From Terriglobia bacterium (GTDB lineage: Bacteria > Acidobacteriota > Terriglobia > JAJPHL01): a stretch of 64,000 nt of DNA. The translations under genes were made by a program, and so were the position numbers. Where the stretch lies: positions 3,387 to 67,386 of the forward strand of contig JAJPHL010000070.1 of NCBI GenBank assembly GCA_021325275.1. Reading direction: 5' to 3'. Under the pieces are notes generated by a model. It saw nothing but the letters and a program-made list of their open reading frames with translations, ran no database searches and was not told where the DNA came from. How positions within the stretch are numbered: position 1 is the stretch's first letter; each line of letters opens with the position of its first letter. Below are positions 9,278 through 18,617 of this stretch, in pieces.

Positions 9278-10438
9278 CTACTCCTGGGCCGTGACGCGTC
9301 CGCGCCGCGCCCCTTCGTACAAATGATGCAGCCGCGCGGCCACGCGGTCCCAGCGAAATTCTTCGGCCACCAGGCGACGCCCGTTCGCTCCCATTGTTGC
9401 GCGCAGCTCTGCATCGTCGAGTAATTTAGCGATGCCTGTGGCCAGTTCGCCGGCGTCGCAGGTGGTCACCAGACCGGCGTGCGCGTCGTGCACGGCGATG
9501 CAGAGATCCACTTGATCGCTCACCACCACGGGGATTCCGCAGGCCATCGCTTCGGCCACGGCGATCCCAAAATTCTCGTTGTACGACGGCAACACAAAGA
9601 TGTCGGCGTCCGCGAAAGGCTCCAACCGCTTGGGGCCCGAGAACATGCCGGCCCACTCGACGCGCGACGCGATGCCGCGGCGTTGCGCGTCAGCCTTGAG
9701 CGTAGCGATGTAGGAATCGTCGCCGGGGCCCGCAACGATCAAGCGGAAGTCGTAGCGCGGCGCGAGCTTTTGCACGGCCGGCAGCAACAGATCAAAGCCT
9801 TTTTTCGGATGAACGCGTCCGAAAAAAAGCAGGCGCTTGCTCGGCGGCGACACGCGTTGCGCGCGCGCCGCAAACACAGCGTCGAATTCTTCCAAACGCA
9901 GTCCGTGCGGGATCACCACCTTCGGTGGACGCAAATTCAAGCGGCGCAAGTCTTCGGCTTCCGCCCCGGACGTGCAGTGCAGCGCCTGTGCACCGTCGAG
10001 TTCGGTGCGCGCGATCCAGCGCAGGTAGACTTTCTTCTTCGACGCGCCCTGCCGCAGCGAATACGATTCGTTCAACGTCCCGAGCGGACGAACGATGTAC
10101 GGCGTGCCCCGCCGAAGGGCCGCGCGCGCCGCGGCGTGCGTGGAATAGTTGAAGACGGCGTGAATATGCGCGACATCGTAGTGGCGAATGTTCTCGTCGA
10201 GCCACTTGCGGAGTTCCGGCGAGTATTTGTATTCCGCGCCGAATGCGAACAACGGACGCCGTGGAAAAATGTGCGCGGGAATGCCGGGCGTCTCCACCGT
10301 CGCGCCTTGACCGGAGGCGGTGGACGCGATCTCCACTTCCTCGCCGGCATCGCGCAGGGCGCGGCAGATCTCCACGACGGCGCGGCTGGGGCCGCCGTCG
10401 CTTTGATCGAGCGATGGAATGACATGGAGAACGCGCAC
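9278..10438 (-). CDS. GT4 glycosyltransferase
   Basis: GRVHPKKG; LPSYNENFGIAVAEAMACG (E-x7-E). Confidence 0.9.
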   Translation of the reverse strand: MRVLHVIPSLDQSDGGPSRAVVEICRALRDAGEEVEIASTASGQGATVETPGIPAHIFPRRPLFAFGAEYKYSPELRKWLDENIRHYDVAHIHAVFNYSTHAAARAALRRGTPYIVRPLGTLNESYSLRQGASKKKVYLRWIARTELDGAQALHCTSGAEAEDLRRLNLRPPKVVIPHGLRLEEFDAVFAARAQRVSPPSKRLLFFGRVHPKKGFDLLLPAVQKLAPRYDFRLIVAGPGDDSYIATLKADAQRRGIASRVEWAGMFSGPKRLEPFADADIFVLPSYNENFGIAVAEAMACGIPVVVSDQVDLCIAVHDAHAGLVTTCDAGELATGIAKLLDDAELRATMGANGRRLVAEEFRWDRVAARLHHLYEGARRGRVTAQE

Positions 10439-10494
10439 CGTCCTAGTTTAGACGAACGAAGCGCGCAAAAGGTCCCGGGAGAAAGCAGGCTTAC

Positions 10495-12390
10495 TTACTT
10501 CGATTGCCGCTTTAACGCCATGCACTTCTTCAGCGATTCCGAGGCCGGCTCGAAATCCGGCTGCACTCGCAAGATCTCTTGGAACTGGGCGATCGCGTCG
10601 TCGTAACGTTGCAAACTCGCCAGCGACGAACCGAGATTGAAGCGCGCCGCGATGTAATCGGGCTTCAAGCGCAGCGCCTCGTTGAATTCGCCGATGGCCG
10701 GCTCGAACTTCTCCTGCGCCGCGTAAGAAGCACCCAGGTTAAAGTGCGCCGCGGCGTTCTTCGGCTGCAAGCGAACCGACTCGATGAATTCGCCGGCCGC
10801 CAAATCCGGCCGGCCGGAGAGTCCATACAGACGGCCGAGGTTGTAATGCGCATCCGCGTCGGCGGGTTGAAGCTTGGCCGCCGCAACCAAGTTGGTCAAC
10901 GCCTCTGCGTATTGACCCTGTTCGGTGAGAACCACGCCGAGTCCCTCCTGCGCGTCCGGATTATCCGGCTCCAGCTTCAGGGCCGCGCGATACTGCGCCG
11001 CAGCGCCGTCGAAATCGCCTTGTTTGCTGAGCGCCGCGGCGAAGTTCACGCGCGCTTCCGGGAGATTCGGCCGCAAGCGAAGCGTTTCGGCGATATAGGG
11101 CATCGCGTCCCGCGGACGATTCTCGTTGAGCAACGCGTCGCTGAGCACATTGAGCGCTGCCCAGTTGTCCGTTGTCACTTCCACCGCGTGACGAAACAGA
11201 GTCACGGTGCTCGACCAATATCCCGTTGTCTGCCAAGCGACGATCGCGTATGCGCAGCACGCGGCAATGGCCAGGATCGGCGCCGCACGCCCCGCGAATT
11301 CCGCCAATCCCCAAGCGAGCATGATCCCAAGCCCGATCAAGGGAATGTACATGTAACGGTCGGCGCGCGACTGCACGCCCACCTGCACCAGGCCGATCAC
11401 GGGAATCAACGTGCCGCCAAACCAAAACCATCCGGTGAAAAGATACGGCCGCGCCCTTCGTTGCGCAATCACCCACGCGGTGATCGCCAGGAGCATCACG
11501 GCGGCGAGCGCGGCCCTTCCCGCGATCTCACCTGAATAAGGATAAAGAACGGCGAGGTTGGCGGGCCACAGGAATTGGATCGCGTACGCGCCGTAAGAGA
11601 CGATCGCGTTCTCCACGCGAATCGGAAACGGAAAGTCTCCCAGCGATGCGGTCGCTCCTCCGTGGCGTTGGACAATGAACGTCACCACCGATCCTGCCAA
11701 CGCGAGCGCAAACAGCGGAATCTTTTCGACGATGGTCGCGGGCGACAAGCGCCTGAGCGGCCAGTAGTCGAGAAGGAAAAGCGCGAACGGCAGCGTCACG
11801 ATCATCGGCTTGGACATCAGCCCGCCGGCGAACGCCGCCAGCAGCAGTACATATATAAAGGTTCGGCGGTTCTTGACGTAATCGAAATAAAACCAAATCG
11901 CGATCAGCCAAAACAAACCGCTGAGGACTTCCCGGCGTTCCGAAATCCATGCCACGGCTTCCACGTGCAACGGATGGATCGCGAAGAGTAGCGCGACGAA
12001 TGCGCTCCGCCATCGCGCGTTTGTGGCCCTGCGCAAGACCGCGAACAAGAGCATAGCGTTCGCGGCATGCAGCAACACGTTGGTGAAATGATGCCAGCCG
12101 CTCTCGAATCCGTACAGTTTGATCCCCAACATGTACGAGATCCATGTGAGTGGGAACCAGTTAGCAGCGTACCCGGTGGTGAAAGCCCACTTGAGAGACG
12201 CGAGAGTCAATCCCGAGCGAATGTTCAGATTGTTGACAACGAACTCGGGATCATCGAATCCGATGAAGGGAAAGCCGCGAGTCTGCGCGTAGACCGCGAA
12301 AACGGCGGCGGCCAAGCCAAGCGCGATCCACCAATCCGGCATGGCGAAATCGGTTGCTTGGCGGTTCGCCGGTGAAATCTTCCGAGGCAC
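10495..12390 (-). CDS. TMTC-like GT-C glycosyltransferase with C-terminal TPR repeats
   Basis: FDD acidic loop, HPLHVEAVAWISER, SKPM, ADRYMY, many TMs, TPR repeats. Start moved to GTG 12390, 6 nt after TATCAT. Confidence 0.85.
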   Translation of the reverse strand: MPRKISPANRQATDFAMPDWWIALGLAAAVFAVYAQTRGFPFIGFDDPEFVVNNLNIRSGLTLASLKWAFTTGYAANWFPLTWISYMLGIKLYGFESGWHHFTNVLLHAANAMLLFAVLRRATNARWRSAFVALLFAIHPLHVEAVAWISERREVLSGLFWLIAIWFYFDYVKNRRTFIYVLLLAAFAGGLMSKPMIVTLPFALFLLDYWPLRRLSPATIVEKIPLFALALAGSVVTFIVQRHGGATASLGDFPFPIRVENAIVSYGAYAIQFLWPANLAVLYPYSGEIAGRAALAAVMLLAITAWVIAQRRARPYLFTGWFWFGGTLIPVIGLVQVGVQSRADRYMYIPLIGLGIMLAWGLAEFAGRAAPILAIAACCAYAIVAWQTTGYWSSTVTLFRHAVEVTTDNWAALNVLSDALLNENRPRDAMPYIAETLRLRPNLPEARVNFAAALSKQGDFDGAAAQYRAALKLEPDNPDAQEGLGVVLTEQGQYAEALTNLVAAAKLQPADADAHYNLGRLYGLSGRPDLAAGEFIESVRLQPKNAAAHFNLGASYAAQEKFEPAIGEFNEALRLKPDYIAARFNLGSSLASLQRYDDAIAQFQEILRVQPDFEPASESLKKCMALKRQSK

Positions 12391-12417
12391 TTCCGAATGA
12401 TAGCGCACCCGTCGCCG

Positions 12418-12662
12418 TTAGGCGTCGCGCATCCAGCCGGGCAGAATCGCCGTGATTTTGATTTCCGAGGAACTGATCAAATAGAAAAAGAGATAGCCTT
12501 CGACCGCAAAGTAGCGATAGCCTTTGAACAATCCCCGGCTCCGTTCCGAGAACATCCTGGGGAATCGGGCGATGAGCGGAAAGATCTTCGCCGCCTTACT
12601 TGAACTCTCCGAGGCAGCGCTAGGAAGATCTCTTCGACACCACTGCCGAAGAAAACAATCAC
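12418..12662 (-). pseudogene. ParE/RelE-family toxin with a 1-nt frameshift near 12600
   Basis: MIVFFGSGVEEIFLALPRRVQ continues in the -1 frame as KAAKIFPLIARFPRMFSERSRGLFKGYRYFAVEGYLFFYLISSSEIKITAILPGWMRDA*; GTGA overlap with the antitoxin stop. Confidence 0.75.
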
Positions 12663-12913
12663 AGCCCAGCGTTCCTCTTTACCTCGTCCCAGGTTTTGAA
12701 GCGGCCTTCACGAAAATCGCTTTCGGAACGTTCGAGTTGGCGGACAATTTCATTCCGATTGTCCTTTTCGAAGTCATCCAACAGCGCCTCAGTCTTGCCG
12801 TGAGTACGGACCAACTCGCGGAGAGCCTCGTTCAAGTCGCCATCGTGAGATTCCGCGAGAGAGGTCAGCAACTCGTCGGTTTGATCGTCGAGCAGGAACT
12901 CTACTTTCCTCAT
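12659..12913 (-). CDS. Type II antitoxin (RHH/ParD-like)
   Basis: 84-aa acidic protein ending ESDFREGRFKTWDEVK; directly upstream of the ParE-like gene; ATG 6 nt after TATCAT. Confidence 0.75.
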   Translation of the reverse strand: MRKVEFLLDDQTDELLTSLAESHDGDLNEALRELVRTHGKTEALLDDFEKDNRNEIVRQLERSESDFREGRFKTWDEVKRNAGL

Positions 12914-12932
12914 GCCGTTATGATACCCCAAC

Positions 12933-12987
12933 AAAAACGCTCCGAGGCCCGAGCAAAAGCAAGACTCGCTTTTACTCGGGCCGCGGA
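12933..12987 (-). terminator. Hairpin/terminator downstream of glnA
   Basis: CCGAGGCCCGAGCAAAAGC ... GCTTTTACTCGGGCCGCGG inverted repeat; T-run follows on the minus strand. Confidence 0.65.
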
Positions 12988-13009
12988 ACTCGGACCTCGG
13001 AACTTGTCC

Positions 13010-14443
13010 CTAAATGTCGTAGTACAAGGAAAACTCATACGGATGCGGACGCAATCTGATCGCGTTCACTTCCTGCTTGTTCTTGTACTCGATCCACGTC
13101 TGGACCAACTCCTCAGTGAAGACATCGCCTTCCAGCAGGAACTGGTGATCGTTCTCCAGCGCCTCCAGCGACTTCTCGAGCGATCCCGGTAGCGACGGAA
13201 CTTCGCGCAATTCCTCCGGCGACAAGTCGTAAATGTCCTTGTCGAGCGGTTCGCCCGGATCGATCTTGTTCTTCACGCCGTCCAAACCCGCCATCAGCAT
13301 CGCCGCGAACGCCAAGTACGGATTGCACGACGGATCGGGCGGCCGAAACTCCACGCGCTTGGCCTTGGGGCTCGCCGAGTACATCGGGATGCGGCACGCC
13401 GCGCTGCGATTCCGGCGCGAATACGCCAGATTCACGGGCGCTTCGAAACCCGGGACCAAACGCTTGTAGGAATTCGTGGTCGGCGCGGCGAACGCCACGA
13501 TCGCCGGCGCGTGTTTCAGTAATCCGCCGATGTACCACAGCGCCATCTGACTCAGTCCCGCATAGCCGTCGCCGCCGAACAGCGGTTTGCCGTCTTTCCA
13601 CAAGCTTTGATGCGTGTGCATGCCCGATCCGTTGTCCTGGAACAACGGCTTCGGCATGAACGTGACCGTCTTGCCGTGCTTCGCGGCCACCTGCTTGCAA
13701 CAATACTTGTAGAGCATCATGTTGTCGGCTGAAACCACCAGTTCGTTGAAGCGCTGATCGATTTCGGTTTGTCCCGCGGTGGCTACTTCGTGGTGATGGC
13801 ACTCGATGTCGATTCCCGCCTGGATCATCGTCAACGTCATTTCACTGCGCAGATCCATGTAGTGATCGGTCGGCGCTACGGGGAAGTATCCTTCCTTGAA
13901 GCGCGGGCGATAACCGAGGTTGTGATGCTCGTGATCGAACGGCCGGCCGGAATTCCAGCGTCCTTCCTCGGCGTCGATGAAGTAGTAGCCGGAGTGCGCA
14001 TTCTGATCGAAGCGCACGTTGTCGAAAATGAAAAACTCGGCTTCCGCGCCGAAATACGCCGTGTCGGCGAGCTTGGTGTACTTCAAATAATCCTGCGCCT
14101 TGATGGCCACGTAGCGCGGATCGCGCTCGTAACGCTGCTTGGTCAACGGATCGCGGATGTCGCCGATCATCACCAGCGTGGGCACTTTCGTGAAGGGATC
14201 GAGCATCGCCGTCGTGGGATCGGGGATCAGCAGCATGTCGCTCTCGTGAATCGCCGCCCAGCCGCGGATACTCGATCCGTCGATGCCGAAGCCGTTCTCA
14301 AACGAGCCTTCTTCCAACTGGCCGATCGGAAAACTGATGTGATGCCACAATCCCGGGAGATCGGTGAAGCGCAAGTCGAGAATCTGCACGTGATTCGACT
14401 TCGCGAACGCTAAGACATCCTTGGCGGTCTTACAAGAACTCAT
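13010..14443 (-). CDS. glnA: Glutamine synthetase type I
   Basis: [31 protein letters not shown], adenylylation-site DKDIYDL; GGAGG SD before ATG 14443. Confidence 0.98.
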   Translation of the reverse strand: MSSCKTAKDVLAFAKSNHVQILDLRFTDLPGLWHHISFPIGQLEEGSFENGFGIDGSSIRGWAAIHESDMLLIPDPTTAMLDPFTKVPTLVMIGDIRDPLTKQRYERDPRYVAIKAQDYLKYTKLADTAYFGAEAEFFIFDNVRFDQNAHSGYYFIDAEEGRWNSGRPFDHEHHNLGYRPRFKEGYFPVAPTDHYMDLRSEMTLTMIQAGIDIECHHHEVATAGQTEIDQRFNELVVSADNMMLYKYCCKQVAAKHGKTVTFMPKPLFQDNGSGMHTHQSLWKDGKPLFGGDGYAGLSQMALWYIGGLLKHAPAIVAFAAPTTNSYKRLVPGFEAPVNLAYSRRNRSAACRIPMYSASPKAKRVEFRPPDPSCNPYLAFAAMLMAGLDGVKNKIDPGEPLDKDIYDLSPEELREVPSLPGSLEKSLEALENDHQFLLEGDVFTEELVQTWIEYKNKQEVNAIRLRPHPYEFSLYYDI

Positions 14444-14605
14444 GGTCGTTTGATTCCTCCAGGGGATTAGTATAGGCAAGAACTTCCCACGTGCGCATTG
14501 GGAAATCTGATGACCAGCCATTCAAAAAAGGAATGCTGACACTGCTGCAATGCGCAGCATTCGCACGCGCGCTGTTCCAGCGGTCGGGAACACACTCGTT
14601 TGTTC

Positions 14606-14635
14606 TTGACATTGCCGTGTTCGGGCGCTTATAAA
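14606..14635 (+). promoter_or_regulatory. Sigma70-like promoter for the TonB-dependent receptor
   Basis: TTGACA-N18-TATAAA. Confidence 0.55.
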
Positions 14636-14731
14636 TGCAATCCATTAAGGTTTTTTGAAAGTAGGGTGCGCGACGGTCTGGCGCGCGGGGTTTTTGGTCC
14701 TTGGGGCCTAACAACTAACGGAGGAATTCCC

Positions 14732-17700
14732 ATGAGGGCAACGGCTCGGTTGGGTTTGGTGGTATTTTCTGTTCTGCTGGTCGCCGCTTCGCTGGCGGCT
14801 CAATCAACTTCTCTATCAGGCGTGATCAAGGACCCGCAGAGCGCGGTGGTCCCGAACGCCTCGATCACTCTCGCCAGCGCCGCCACCGGCGTGGCGCGCG
14901 AAACGAAGAGCGACTCGCAAGGCCGCTACAACTTCCTGCAAGTGACGCCCGGCACCTACATGCTCACGGTGAAGGCGCCGGGATTCGCCGAGGAAGTGAT
15001 CAGCAACGTTGAGTTGCTGGTGAATCAGCCGGCCACGATTCCGGTGACGCTGCGCGTCGGCGCGACTTCCACCACCGTCACGGTGGAAGCCAATGCCGTG
15101 CAGTTGAACACCACCGACGCCTCGCTCGGCAACGTGGTGGATCAGACGCAGATCACCGAGTTGCCCACCTACGCGCGCAACATCGTCGCACTGCTGGCGA
15201 ACCAGCCCGGCGTGACGATCTTCGGCTCCGCGGGACAGGGCGCCAACGGCACGAACAATCTCGACTATCGCTCCGGATCGGTGAACGGCGGCAAGTCCGA
15301 CCAAGGCAGCGTGACGCTGGACGGCGTCAACGTGGACGATCAGAACACCCGCGCGGCGTTTACGTCGGTGTTGCGCGTAACGCCCGATTCGGTCGAGGAA
15401 TTCCGCTCGACCACCACGAATCAGGACGCCTCGGGCGGTCGCGGTTCGGGCGCGAGCGTGGCGATGGTGACCAAGGCCGGCTCGAACGAATTTCATGGAA
15501 CGCTGTATGAATATCGCCGCGGTACCGAGACGGCCTCCAATTCGTTTTTCAACAATCGCACAGGCGTACCCATCGCCGCGCTGTTGACCAACGTGTTCGG
15601 AGCGTCGGTCGGCGGCCCGATCAAGAAGAACAAGCTTTTCTTCTTCATGAATTACGAAGGACGCCGCGATCGCAGCGCGTCGTCGGTGGAACGCACCGTT
15701 CCTCGGCCCACCATGCAGGCGGGAATGCTGAATTATCACGATAAAACCACAGGCGCATTGAACACAATTGGCGCGGCGCAGATCAAACTGCTCGATCCGC
15801 TGGGAGTGGGCATCAGCGCGGCGGCGATCAAGGACTTGGCCGCTATGCCCGTCGGCAACGATCTGACGTTCGGCGACGGACTCAACACCGAAGGCTACCG
15901 CTTCAACGCGCCGGTGGCCTCCGATCAGAACACCTACATCGTGAAGTTGGACTATAAGTTCGACAACGCCGGCAATCACGCCATCTTCGTGCGCGGCAAC
16001 CTGCAGAACGATTCCGCCAACGGACTGCCGCAATTCCCCGGGGAGCCGGCCGCGTCGGTCACGCTGGCAAACAATAAAGGATTGGCCGCCGGATCGACCG
16101 ATGTGTTTGGTCCCAACCTGGTGAGCACGTTCCGCTATGGCTTCACCCGCGTGGGCAATCAGACCACGGGCGTGTTGACCAGCAACTATGAGTGGTTCCG
16201 CGGCATTTCGACACCGAACGCCGTCTCCACCGGCACTACGCGCATCATTCCGGTTCACAACATCAGCGAGGATCTCGCCTGGATCAAGGGCGCGCATAGC
16301 CTCCGCTTCGGCGGCACGGCGTTGCTGATTTCCAACCAGTCCGCGAGCCTCTCGAACTCCTATAGCAGCGCGAGTTCCAATCCTTCTTGGCTGGCCGGCT
16401 CGGGATCGGACCTCACCGGCGCGCTCAACATCGCGTCGGGCGACCAGGTCAACTTCGAGTACGCGGCCGCCGCGCTGATCGGCGTGGAGGCGCAAGGCAC
16501 GGGCGCTTACAACTACATGGTTGATGGGACGGTCATTCCTCCCGGAGCTCCGGTGCTTCGCAACTTCACCAATCACGAAGGCGAGCTCTACGTGCAAGAT
16601 ACCTGGAAGGTCACGCACAACCTGACCATGACCTACGGGTTGCGGTATGCGCTGCAGCCGGCGGTGTATGAAGCCAATGGTCAGCAAGCCTCCACCAACA
16701 TCGCCTTCGGCGATTGGCTCTCCCAGCGCGTGAATCTGGCGAATCAGGGGTTGTCGCAGAACAGCGTGTCGCCGATCACATTCATTCCGGCGAACTCGTC
16801 GGGTGGCCGCGGAATCTATCCAAATCACTACAACTGGCAACCGCGCATCGGACTCGCGTATTCGCCCACGGCGTCCGACGGCATTTCGAAACTGCTCTTC
16901 GGCGGTCCCGGCAAAACCTCGATTCGCGTGGGCGCCGGCTTCTACTACGACATGATCGGACAGCCGCTCGCGCAGACCTTCAGCAACACGCAGTTCGGTC
17001 TGTCGAGCAGTTTGAGCAACCCGGCCAACGTCACGACGCTGTCGGCCGCGCCGCGCTACACCACGTTCTACACCGTGCCGGGCGTGCTGGTGCCCCCGAC
17101 TCCCAAGGGCGGACTGCCCGTGACGTATCCCTCCAGCGGCAGCGGATCGTTCGCGATTACCAACAGCATCGACGATCAGTTGAAAGCGCCGTATACGATG
17201 AACCTGGACTTCAGCGTCAGCCGCGATTTCGGTCACGGCTGGTTCGTTCAGGGCGCCTACGTCGGCCGGCTCTCGCGCCATTCGCTGATCCAGCGCGATT
17301 TGGCGGAGCCTGTCGATCTGGTGGATCCGAAATCGGGCCAGGACTACTTCACCGCGATGTCGCAGTTGGGCAGCCTGCTCGACTATCAAGGCGTCACCAT
17401 CGCCAACCTGCCGAAGATTCCGTTCTTCGAGGACATGTGGTCGACAGCCGCCACCGGCGGATTCACCGCCACGCAGATCTGGGGCCTCGATTATCACGGC
17501 GATCCCACCAGGAGCATCAAGGCCAACAGCAATGCCGGCGACTTCACCAATACCTTGAACAACGCCGACAACGCCGCCAATTGCGGGAAGTCGACGGTGC
17601 TCAGTTCCAGCGGACGCGTGTCGCAAATGGCCTGCGGCATCTACGGTCCTTGGATGATCTTCAACCCGCAGTTCTCGGCACTGTCCGCAAATAGCTCGCT

Positions 17701-18532
17701 CGGTAAGAGCGACTATCACGCGATGCAGTGGACCATCCGCAAGAACATGAAGGGCATGGTCATGGATTTGAACTACACGTGGTCGAAGTCGGTCGATCTC
17801 GCGTCCACGACGGAAGGCGGGAGTTACAGCGGCTTCGTCATCAACACGTTCAATCCGAGCTTGATGCGCGGCGTTTCGAACTACGACACCACGCATCAGA
17901 TCAACGCCAGCGTGATCTATTTGTTGCCGTTCGGTCGCGGCCAGCGTTTCCTGAACAGCTCGAACAAGGCCGTCAACGCGATCGTGGGCGGATGGGAAGT
18001 CACGGGGCTGTATCGCCAAACTTCCGGCTTGCCTTTCAGCGTGTCGGACGGTTCGCGTTGGGCCACCAACTGGGAACTCAGCTCGTTCGCGGTGCCGATC
18101 GGCCCCAGCAACCCGATCCCGGCAGTGGGCAGCGTCGGCAACGGCACACAAGCCGTGGCAAGTTGCAGCGGCAATCCCGCGTTTAACGGATCCACGATCG
18201 CCACCAACGGCGGTCCGAACCTGTGGCAGAATCCCGCGCAGGCCATCTGCGGATTCCGCGAAGCGTTCGCGGGCGAGTCTGGCGGACGCACGCAGCTTCG
18301 CGGGGCGGGGTTGTTCAACATCGACACCGGCGTGAACAAGACGTTCCTCATGCCGTGGTCGGAAAAGGAATCGCTGCAGTTCCGTTGGGAGACCTACAAC
18401 ATCACCAACTCCGTGCACTTCGATCCGGCGTCGGCAGGCACCAGCCTCACTTCGCCGACCGGCTTCGGCAAGCTGAGCAACACGCTCGGCAGTCCGCGCG
18501 TGATCCAGTTCGCACTGCGCTTCAAGTTCTAG
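14732..18532 (+). CDS. Oar-like TonB-dependent receptor with N-terminal carboxypeptidase-regulatory-like domain
   Basis: Signal peptide, GVIKDPQSAVVPNA, DSVEEFR, TKAGSNEFHG, C-terminal PRVIQFALRFKF; GGAGG SD. Confidence 0.92.
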   Translation: MRATARLGLVVFSVLLVAASLAAQSTSLSGVIKDPQSAVVPNASITLASAATGVARETKSDSQGRYNFLQVTPGTYMLTVKAPGFAEEVISNVELLVNQPATIPVTLRVGATSTTVTVEANAVQLNTTDASLGNVVDQTQITELPTYARNIVALLANQPGVTIFGSAGQGANGTNNLDYRSGSVNGGKSDQGSVTLDGVNVDDQNTRAAFTSVLRVTPDSVEEFRSTTTNQDASGGRGSGASVAMVTKAGSNEFHGTLYEYRRGTETASNSFFNNRTGVPIAALLTNVFGASVGGPIKKNKLFFFMNYEGRRDRSASSVERTVPRPTMQAGMLNYHDKTTGALNTIGAAQIKLLDPLGVGISAAAIKDLAAMPVGNDLTFGDGLNTEGYRFNAPVASDQNTYIVKLDYKFDNAGNHAIFVRGNLQNDSANGLPQFPGEPAASVTLANNKGLAAGSTDVFGPNLVSTFRYGFTRVGNQTTGVLTSNYEWFRGISTPNAVSTGTTRIIPVHNISEDLAWIKGAHSLRFGGTALLISNQSASLSNSYSSASSNPSWLAGSGSDLTGALNIASGDQVNFEYAAAALIGVEAQGTGAYNYMVDGTVIPPGAPVLRNFTNHEGELYVQDTWKVTHNLTMTYGLRYALQPAVYEANGQQASTNIAFGDWLSQRVNLANQGLSQNSVSPITFIPANSSGGRGIYPNHYNWQPRIGLAYSPTASDGISKLLFGGPGKTSIRVGAGFYYDMIGQPLAQTFSNTQFGLSSSLSNPANVTTLSAAPRYTTFYTVPGVLVPPTPKGGLPVTYPSSGSGSFAITNSIDDQLKAPYTMNLDFSVSRDFGHGWFVQGAYVGRLSRHSLIQRDLAEPVDLVDPKSGQDYFTAMSQLGSLLDYQGVTIANLPKIPFFEDMWSTAATGGFTATQIWGLDYHGDPTRSIKANSNAGDFTNTLNNADNAANCGKSTVLSSSGRVSQMACGIYGPWMIFNPQFSALSANSSLGKSDYHAMQWTIRKNMKGMVMDLNYTWSKSVDLASTTEGGSYSGFVINTFNPSLMRGVSNYDTTHQINASVIYLLPFGRGQRFLNSSNKAVNAIVGGWEVTGLYRQTSGLPFSVSDGSRWATNWELSSFAVPIGPSNPIPAVGSVGNGTQAVASCSGNPAFNGSTIATNGGPNLWQNPAQAICGFREAFAGESGGRTQLRGAGLFNIDTGVNKTFLMPWSEKESLQFRWETYNITNSVHFDPASAGTSLTSPTGFGKLSNTLGSPRVIQFALRFKF

Positions 18533-18549
18533 GCTGAAGCGAATTCAAC

Positions 18550-18585
18550 AAAAAGGGCCGCCGGAAGATCGGCGGCTCTTTTTTT
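18550..18585 (+). terminator. Rho-independent terminator
   Basis: AAAAAGGGCCGCCG-GAAGAT-CGGCGGCTC-TTTTTTT. Confidence 0.88.
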
Positions 18586-18617
18586 ATCGAGCGAGGAAGA
18601 GTACTCTAGGAATACCA

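Noticed and set aside
12400-12423. Integron attC site (GCCTAAC overlapping the toxin stop)
   Set aside because: No matching GTTRRRY arm or attC-like stem downstream, and no integron integrase.
14475-14491. Sigma54 promoter for glnA (TGGGAAGTTCTTGC)
   Set aside because: GG-to-GC spacing is 9 nt, not the required 10.
14816-18418. 1200-aa antisense ORF
   Set aside because: Shadow of the TonB receptor, expected from high-GC codon bias; no recognisable motifs.
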